A stretch of 64,000 bases of DNA from Eledone cirrhosa (lineage: Eukaryota): assembly GCA_964016885.1 (NCBI GenBank), contig OZ024740.1:276458001-276522000 (forward strand), given 5' to 3'. The notes under the pieces were generated by a model, which did not search any database, had not been told where the DNA came from, and saw only the letters and a program-made list of their open reading frames with translations. The translations under genes and the position numbers were made by a program. Positions 55,690 to 64,000 of the stretch are shown one piece after another (the first letter of the stretch is position 1; each line of letters opens with the position of its first letter).

Positions 55690-56256
55690 AATGATGATGA
55701 TGATAGTACAGATGATGATGATGATGATAGTAGAGATGATGATGATGATGATAGTAGAGATGATGATGATGATGATAGTACAGATGATGATGATGATGAT
55801 AGTAGAGATGATGATGATGATAGTACAGATGATGATGATGATGATTATAGCACAGATGATGATGATGATGATGATGATAGTACAGATGATGATGATGATG
55901 ATTATAGCACAGATGATGATGATGATAGTACAGATGATGATGATAGCACAGATGATGATGATGATGATGATGATGATGATAGTACAGATGATGATGATGA
56001 TAGTACAGATGCTGATGATGATGATAGTACAGATGATGATGATGATAGTACAGATGCTGATGATGATGATAGTAGAGATGATGATGATGATGATAGTACA
56101 GATGCTGATGATGATGATAGTACAGATGCTGATGATGATAGTACAGATGCTGATGATGATGATAGTAGAGATGATGATGATGATAGTAGTAGAGATAATG
56201 ATGGCAGTGATGATGATGATGATGATGGTAGTAGAGATGATGATGATGATGATGAT
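55690..56256. repeat. (GAT)n-AGTASA minisatellite
   Basis: Runs of GAT punctuated by AGTACA, AGTAGA or AGCACA. Confidence 0.93.
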
Positions 56257-57066
56257 ATTGCTTGTGGTATGTAAAAGATGACAATGATCATGAAGGTAAT
56301 GGAGATGATGATGATGATGATGATGATGTTGTTAGTATTGGTGGTGGTGTTGGTGGTGTGCGTGATCCTGGTTGATGATGATGGAGACAAACAACAAGAG
56401 AATAAAATTAAATATAGGCAACAGAAATGTACGGTAATCAAGCCCATAGTACTCAAAAGCTGTCAGTTTCTCTTGCAACATTTCAACAGTCAAGTGCAGA
56501 CAGACTCCTTGGTTCCGCTATATGCTTTAAGAAAATATCAAATTTTTCTTGCTTGCAGTATATAACATGTATCATACATGCAGTTAAAGTCTGTTGGGGG
56601 ATGCATTTTAACTGAGTAAAGTGATATCTATGTAGCAAGAGTGGAGAGCAGGATCACATTACTTTTACTTTTCAATTGCTATATAGCATTTTTCTTGATT
56701 TACCATTTGCTCTGTGCATTTCATCTAGAAAAGAATTTTGAAAAAAAAAAAAGGAAAAAAATTAGAATCTTTATTTTTTCTTTTTTTTTCTTTTCAAAAA
56801 ATATGTTTGATACAAAAAAATAAATAAGAAATTAGGTAAAAAAAACTTATGTTCATTCAAGCTCAAAAGGGAGAGAAAGAAAGAAGTGGTTAAATCACAG
56901 AAATTGTGATTTAAAGTAGGACGTTTTTTTAAAGTGAAAACTAAGGAAATTCAAAAAGTATGTTTTAGTTTTTAAACATGCAGTGATTTTTATTATTGGA
57001 ATCTTTGCTATTATTTATTTTTTGCTTTGACCATTTTAATTTTTGCTATTATTATTATTACTACTT

Positions 57067-57104
<38 letters not shown>

Positions 57105-58136
57105 GTCATCGTCATTATTGTTGTTATTTTAATTACAAATGCACTACCACTTACAATTTAAAACAATGTTCCAAAAAAGTTTTATTTTTATTTTGTTTGT
57201 TTCTTCTCATGAACTAAAAATGCAGTCATTTTTTTTGGGGGGGGGGGGTTCTTTTTTTGTTTGTCCTTGATTCAGTCTTTCTAGTCTGTTATCATTTTTG
57301 TTATCTATTTTCTTTTTATATTATTTGTTTTGTACTTGAGTGTGATCGTATAAACATAATGCAAATCTCAATGTCTTCTCTGGGCCTTTGAACACAAGTG
57401 ACTGTTTTTATTTTCCACTATACTTCAGTAATCAGCAATGAGCTCACAGGATACATCTCACTCTCTTTAGTGGGAGAGTCCTGTGTCAATTTAACATTCC
57501 TACCCTCTTGTAACAGCAATTCAGTTACTCATTTCCTTCAATCCCTCACTCCATGTCATGAAGTTTAGAAAAATACCCTCTCAGTTTTATACATGTGTAT
57601 ATATATGTGTGTGTAAGTGTTGGACCCTTGTTGGTTTCAACAGCAAGTGTTCCAGTTGTTTGAATAATGAAACAACCTGGTCATGCAATTGATGAAATAA
57701 GTGTCTGAGCATTTCATAGACGCATGTACCCTTAAGATAATTCTCAGATAGGTTCAATGTGACGTAGTAGATGACAAGGCGAGCCCCTTTGAATTACAGG
57801 TACATTTTATTTTTGCTATCTGAGTAGAGTGGAGCAACAGGAAATAAAGTGTCTTGCTCAGGGACACTACATAACTCTGGGAATTGAACTTATCACCTTA
57901 TGGTTGTGATCTGGAGTTCCTAACCACTAAGCCACTTGTAAATGATAATTTCATCATCTTCATCATTACCATTTAATGTCCATTTTCCATGCTAGCATGG
58001 GTTTGATGGTTTGTCCCGTGGTGAGACAAGCCAGATCAGATGACTGTGTCTCGGTCACACAGAACTGTTTCTGACCTGGTTTCTACAGCTGGATGACCTT
58101 CCTAATACCAACCATATTTACAGGTATATATATATA

Positions 58137-58299
58137 TAACGAAGGAAATGTGGTAAGGAACCAGGTGGACCATAACGCACCAAAGTACTCAATACTTAGG
58201 GTAGTAGAGTGGGTAATAGGAACGAGTAGGACCCCGACGGCTGAGCTCAAGCCGTCGGAACGGCTTGAGCTCAGCCATCGGGGTCCTACTCGTTCCTAT
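58137..58299. mobile_element. TA-embedded element (17350 family) ending in a ~40-bp-arm hairpin
   Basis: The first ~85 bp are identical to 17350-17436; hairpin at 58216-58299. Confidence 0.87.
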
Positions 58300-58469
58300 A
58301 TATATATATATATAGGAGTGAAGAATAACATGGATCGGCTGTACAATAGGGTTTATTCGAAGTATTAACAAATGTTTTATTAGCCCGGTGTGTCTAAAAA
58401 CTGCTATTCACAGTATGCTGCAGCACTTGATTTTAATTACAATTGAGACCCAACCAAATTTTCAAAATA

Positions 58470-58509
<40 letters not shown>

Positions 58510-59487
58510 TATCATCATCATCGTTTAATGTCCACCCCCACTCAGCTAGCATGAGACAAAACTGGTGCTCTTTGAATGAAGTACACCAAGTTACTAACAC
58601 ACCCCAGTCACCCTCAATTGTCAGAAATACTTTGAATCTGTAATTGGCCTTGTTGGAAACCTGTAAGCAATGATGCTATTGTTTACAAACTGTTATATAA
58701 AAGAAATCAAAAGTAGTGTTCATTACTATGTACACAAAAGCTAGTGTCAAAAGTGGACACTTCTCTAAACTGAACTAATACCTTAACACATTCTTTTCTC
58801 AAATACACATGTTCTCTTTCTCCCTCTTTCTTTCACCCTTCTCTTCCTCCCACTCTTTATCTCTCTTTATCTCTTTCTTTCTCTCTCTCTCATACACAAA
58901 CATTCAAATATATTTATTTGAAATATTCTGTTTTTGTTATTGTCTTTATCATGTGAAGGGCACAGGACCTGGTGATTAGGTCATTCGGCTCCTGATCATA
59001 AAATCATGAGTTTAACCTACAGACTGGATGGTGTGATGTTTATTTGAGCAATGTACTTTATTGCATGTTGTTCAAGTCCATTCAACTGAAAAATATGAGT
59101 ACCAGCAGTAAATGGGGATTATTAGACATACAAAGAAATAGCATCTTATCCAAGAGTCCTGCTCTCAGTTACTTAACCTTTTTGTTACTGTATTCCCAAT
59201 GAAATACACTGTATCTAAATAAAAATGAAAAATTTGGAGGGATTTACTAAAATTATTTAATTAAAATAATATTTGTAAAATAATTTCACAAAAAGATCTC
59301 ATGAAATTATTTGGAAGATTTTAATTTAACTAGGAACTCTTTAAAAGGGGTTGTTTTGTTTCATAGAACCAGAGGTGGTTTGGGACAAGTTAACATGAAA
59401 CTAGGGTAAGCTTAAGCCAGATATGCTTCATTGTTCAAAAAATGATTTTAATTTTTAAAATTGTTGTTTTTGTTGTTGTTATTGTAG

Positions 59488-59672
59488 GTGGAATGGTCGA
59501 TCTCAGCACCTCTGCTGCTAATAGCTACCAGCAGAGATCTTCGCCCAGCACATCTCCTGGAGTTTTGTCGAACAAAGTTATGACCAAGCAGTCTCCAAAT
59601 TCACAGCAGAGACAGACCCATAACTTGCGAGTCATGATACCAAACTGCAGAGGAGATATGATGAATTCAGAG
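59488..59672 (+). CDS. MEF2: MEF2 coding exon with MAPK-docking-like motif (GGMVDLSTS...SPSTSPG...NLRVMIPNCRGDMMNSE)
   Basis: TTGTAG acceptor and GAG|GTAAAT donor; 185 nt, phase 1-0, completing the split Gly codon. LRVMIP matches the MEF2 LRVxIP docking motif. Confidence 0.9.
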
Positions 59673-59966
59673 GTAAATATTTATTACAATTACTTTTGCA
59701 CATTTCCACATTAATTTTGTTGCTGTTGTGTAGCCCAAATTCAACCCTCTAGATTGATTGCTTAATCGAGGGGTTGAATTGAGGTTAAACTTATGATGAA
59801 AGATGTGATATGGAACATCTCTTTAGTGGAGTCCTGTTTCAATTTAAAATTGCAGCCCTCTTGTAACAGCAATTCCTTTATTCATTTTCATAATTCTCTC
59901 ACTTCAACATAGACACTGTCAGGAATTTTTAAAAAATACCGTGTCAATTTCATAAGGTTCATCACC

Positions 59967-60195
59967 TTAACCCTTTAGCATTCATATTACTCTATATATA
60001 CTATTATATTTTCATGGTAAAGGCTTTACCTTGCATAATTATCTCACATAATATCGAATCTATGAGATTTTGAAAGTATTTATTTTGAGAACAATACCTT
60101 AACATCAGTTTGAGTGACCAGTTACAGCCAGTTTCAACAGAAAAGGGTAGAGAATTTTGGCCAGTTTTTGACCGGTTTGAATATTAAAGGGTTAA
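59967..60195. mobile_element. piggyBac-type MITE
   Basis: TTAA-CCCTTTAGCATTCA … TGAATATTAAAGGG-TTAA. Confidence 0.83.
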
Positions 60196-60739
60196 ATTGT
60201 TATTCAGAGAGAACATAATTTAAAATATATGCCCCAGCATGGCCTCAGCCGGATGGCTGAAACAGGTAAAAGAGTAAAAGAGTATATACTGAGTAGCTGT
60301 GTAGCTAAGTAGTTTGCTTTGCAATCATATAGTTACATCTTTGTGTATATGTGGCTGGGAATGCCTAATTTATTAGATTTAACCATTTAGCCTTTACATG
60401 ATGAGTTGTGTCCTTGAGCAACACACTTTATTTAACATTGCTCTACTTTACTCAGCTGAAGAAATGGGTTTCAGCATCACTGGTGCCAAGATATATTGGC
60501 CATTGCTTTTTCCCTTGGGTGACATAGAGAAGGGAGACTGTTTTGTATAGCCAATTGCTGGGCTTCCATAAACAACCTTGCCCAGACTTGTGCCTTGGAG
60601 GGGGGTGGGGGCTTTCTAGGTGAAAATTCCATGGTCATTCATGACCGAAGTGGGGTCTTTACCCTTTACTCTATATTATAGCCTATCATTCTACTGCTGG
60701 TACAATTTAACAATTGAATCTATTTTCATTTTCATTCAG

Positions 60740-60848
60740 TCACAGCCAAGGAACACCAATGTGCTAGGCACCTCAATAGGATCAATGACAACATCTGGAA
60801 TGCCAGGTTCCAGTTATCCGTCCGCGCTTCCAAACTCTTTTCAGCCAA
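60740..60848 (+). CDS. MEF2: MEF2 coding exon (SQPRNTNVLGTSIGSMTTSGMPGSSYPSALPNSFQP)
   Basis: TTTTCATTCAG acceptor and A|GTAAGT donor; 109 nt, phase 0-1, in frame. It resembles the MEF2 LxTPVVSxxTP...YPSA region. Confidence 0.82.
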
Positions 60849-60969
60849 GTAAGTTAACATCTTTTTTTTTCAACTTTCATCCTCTTCTTTCTCCTAACTT
60901 TACTATTTTATGATGAAAGATATATAGAGACATTCCTTTAACTTTGAACTATATATATATATATATAGA

Positions 60970-61105
60970 TAGTAAAAGTAGAGGATCTACTGTGAGTTAA
61001 GGTAGATCCTCTACTTTTACTAATATACCCACTCTCCATCTTACCATGTATCGAGTACTTCTTCGATTTATGGTCCTCCTGGTCCCAGCAGTGCAGACTA
61101 TCAAT
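60970..61105 (+). mobile_element. TA-embedded island related to the 17350 family, with a 21-bp-arm hairpin
   Basis: Arms 60970-60990/61002-61022. ACCCACTCT..GTATCGAGTACTT..TTATGGTCC.CCTGGT aligns with the reverse complement of 17365-17428. Confidence 0.7.
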
Positions 61106-61116
61106 ATATATATATA

Positions 61117-61370
61117 TAATACAGTATATAGAGAAGAAAACACAAAAAGGGGTTTGTTTTCAGTTAAAAGGAGTAGAGAACCACTTCTTTGAAATTGTCC
61201 AGGTGTTGTATAGTTATAAATGTTGGTTTTTACATTTTAATTTTACCTTTTAATTATTATGTATTTTCCCCACTTTTTGTAGATCCTATATTCTTCACTA
61301 TAGTGGTCCTCTACTCCTTGTAACTGAAAACATACCCCTTTTTGTGTTTTCTTCTCTATATACTGTATTA
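61117..61370. repeat. 69-bp inverted repeat with ~116-bp spacer
   Basis: 61117-61185 and 61302-61370 are complementary with few mismatches; the island is flanked by (TA)n. Confidence 0.85.
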
Positions 61371-61790
61371 TTAAGAGCCTGGAAATTATTCCTTGAGCTC
61401 ATAAAACTACAGGGGTTTGACGTGAGTCTTAACTCTGTTTTTTTCATTTGATATATATATATATATAAAGTTATTTCCTATATCTAATCTAATATGATTG
61501 TATATTTATGCACACACACAAACGTAAACAAACACACAGACACATACACAAACATGTAGACACATACACAAACAAAGTCAATTTCCTGATGAAATAAGTG
61601 TAGAATGGATTAAATTGCATAATTGTAGTCTATTGGTAATTTTTATTATATTCATTCTCTATAAGTTGATTTCAATAATTAACTTGATAATTATTATTAC
61701 CATATGTATAGGTAAAATAGAAGCAGAGGGTGTTACAACTTCTGCCTCTTTGTGCCTTGTTTGTAAGAAATAGACCAAGATAATTTTGTT

Positions 61791-61834
<44 letters not shown>

Positions 61835-63216
61835 CAGGGCCTTTTCACTCTTACCAGAGGACAACACCACCCCGCCCTGATTGACCTCCACCATTTTCTG
61901 TTTTGGGTTTTGGTCAGGAGTGTAGCCGTACTCACCACGATTGGCCAATTGTGAGTTGGTGAGGCTATTTAACCCATAGCTGGGTAAACTCATTTCTACA
62001 GCTAAGTGAACTGGAGCAATGTGAAATAAAGTCAAGAACACAACACAAAGCCCGGTCTCGAAAATCGGTCTCACAACCTCACGATGCTCTAACCACTAAG
62101 CCATATATATAAACACACACCACCGCTACCCCCATATATATATATATAGACTAAAATAAAATTATTTCAGTCATATTACACCATAAAAAATTGCTCAATA
62201 CAAGTACAGGTTAAAAACTATATTATGTAGAGCTTTATTTATACAAATTATATGTGGTTTAATTATGTATAGTATATTGAAAGTAAGCATTGTAAGCAAA
62301 AGTAAACTTTGAAAGAAAAATATAATTTTACCTATAAACATATACATACATGTATATAATACAGACATGCAGATACACACACACACATATATATATATAC
62401 ACACATATGCTACATATTTTCTCTAGACATGGATCTATATTTCTTGCATATATGATCTGATAAATTATTCATAACTATCAACCCATTGTCAGAGAGAGAG
62501 AGACAAAGAAAGAGAGAACTAACAAAGGGTTATTGGTTTCATACATGCTGTCACCAAACATTTAAATCAAAATATATTAAGACCAACCAAATCTTCATTA
62601 TACCTTAAATTACTTTCTGTAATTCTTTATAGTCAATCCTTTCATTATCATATTTCTGATTTAATACACTGCATATAATTCTCCATTGAGTTTGAAAATA
62701 ATCAAAATTTGAAAGGATTATATAATATAGTGACTCTTTCAATATTATGTTAGAATTTGGAGCATAACTTTAAAATGTTCTTATATTTGATGAAAGGTTT
62801 TTAGTTCAATATATACTTTTAAAAATAAATAATGTAGAACCGGTTGGCAGTTTCAGACAGTTTGGTATCAAGGGGTTAAATGTACTTGAACTTCAGAATT
62901 TAGTATCAAAGATTAAAACTACAAAAGCTGTTATTTGAATAGTAATAGGAATAAATACTTCATAAATATCATGAGAATATTTCTTGAGGCTTAGTTCAAT
63001 GAATGACACAATGACAAAGAATATTTTTCAATTTAAGAATGATAATAGAAAAGATACAGTGTGTGTGTGTATATGTGTGTGTAAAACTTATTTTGTTTTC
63101 TTTATATATCATTTCATTTAAATAATTTTATATTGATATTATTATTGTATACATACATGTATGTGATGGATGCCTGTGCAAGTAACCATATTATATATAT
63201 GCACATATAGACATAC

Positions 63217-63272
<56 letters not shown>

Positions 63273-63273
63273 T

Positions 63274-63395
<122 letters not shown>

Positions 63396-63833
63396 CACCA
63401 TTTGATGATGATCGGATTGTGTGCATTAAAGTAGATGGTAAATATTACCAAAATCTCTACAAACAGAAAAAAAGATGGAGGGGAACAAACAGAACAACAA
63501 GGAACAACCATAAAACATCATCTTCACTCATTACTGATGGTGACAACATATGGAAAATTTTCTGTGTGTCTACCCTGTTGTTTTGTATCATATTACATGC
63601 AACCTTCCTAAGGATGAAGAATCCTTTGACATTGACATTGTGGAATAGATCATTGATATCAGTAATGGAGCTGAAATCACACAGTATCCATTCCAGTCTG
63701 ATGAGTGAAGATTTTGTTATGTTTGTTCTCTGTCATATTTGTTCCCATCTCTGTTTATTGTGCAGAAATTTTGGTAATATATATATGTGTGTGTGTGTTA
63801 TTATATGTACTTTTCTCACTCTCTCTCTCCCTC

Positions 63834-63870
<37 letters not shown>

Positions 63871-64000
63871 TATTATATGTACTTTTCTCACTCTCCCTCT
63901 CTCTCTCTATATATATATGTGTGTGTGTGTGTATATATAAATATATATGTGTATATGTATATATATGTGTATATGTGTATATAAAAATATATATATATGT

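Noticed and set aside
55604-56284. Asp-rich or His-rich ORFs resembling biomineralisation proteins (also 7338-7721)
   Set aside because: (GAT)n minisatellite open in several frames, starting inside a SINE or LINE tail, with no splice support.
61586-61620. Other CTGATGA or CTGAAGA hits (39284, 47322, 61586, 63698)
   Set aside because: No properly placed stem II-GAAA-UH and stem I pairing.
63419-63940. 173-aa ORF as a further MEF2 exon
   Set aside because: No MEF2 similarity, no convincing splice sites, and it ends in microsatellite.

Overview
This is AT-rich, microsatellite-saturated eukaryotic DNA, most likely from an octopus (inferred from the SINE and LINE types and the (TA)n density). 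The only host gene I can support is MEF2 on the + strand: four internal coding exons at 47041-47181, 52562-52745, 59488-59672 and 60740-60848 splice in frame. I could not find the MADS/MEF2-domain exons, so they lie upstream or in the N-gap, and the first ~47 kb is probably one large intron. Mobile DNA includes a 5'-truncated RTE LINE with a PHD-type finger after the RT, an R4/Dong-like RLE retrotransposon (3 copies, all in TA/TATG microsatellite), a CR1-like fragment, two tRNA-derived SINE families, TTAA-flanked piggyBac-type MITEs, pogo-type MITEs, a mariner remnant and several minisatellites. The most notable signal is a set of short non-coding islands inside (TA)n tracts that carry hammerhead ribozyme motifs. 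Complete motifs lie at 4551-4593(-) and 18913-18981(+), and several more are variant, truncated or decayed. Many islands share a downstream YGAGTRCT box, and several are folded into long inverted repeats whose apex sits at the ribozyme. These resemble Penelope pLTR or retrozyme-like non-autonomous elements. Almost all ORFs in the supplied track are microsatellite artefacts.
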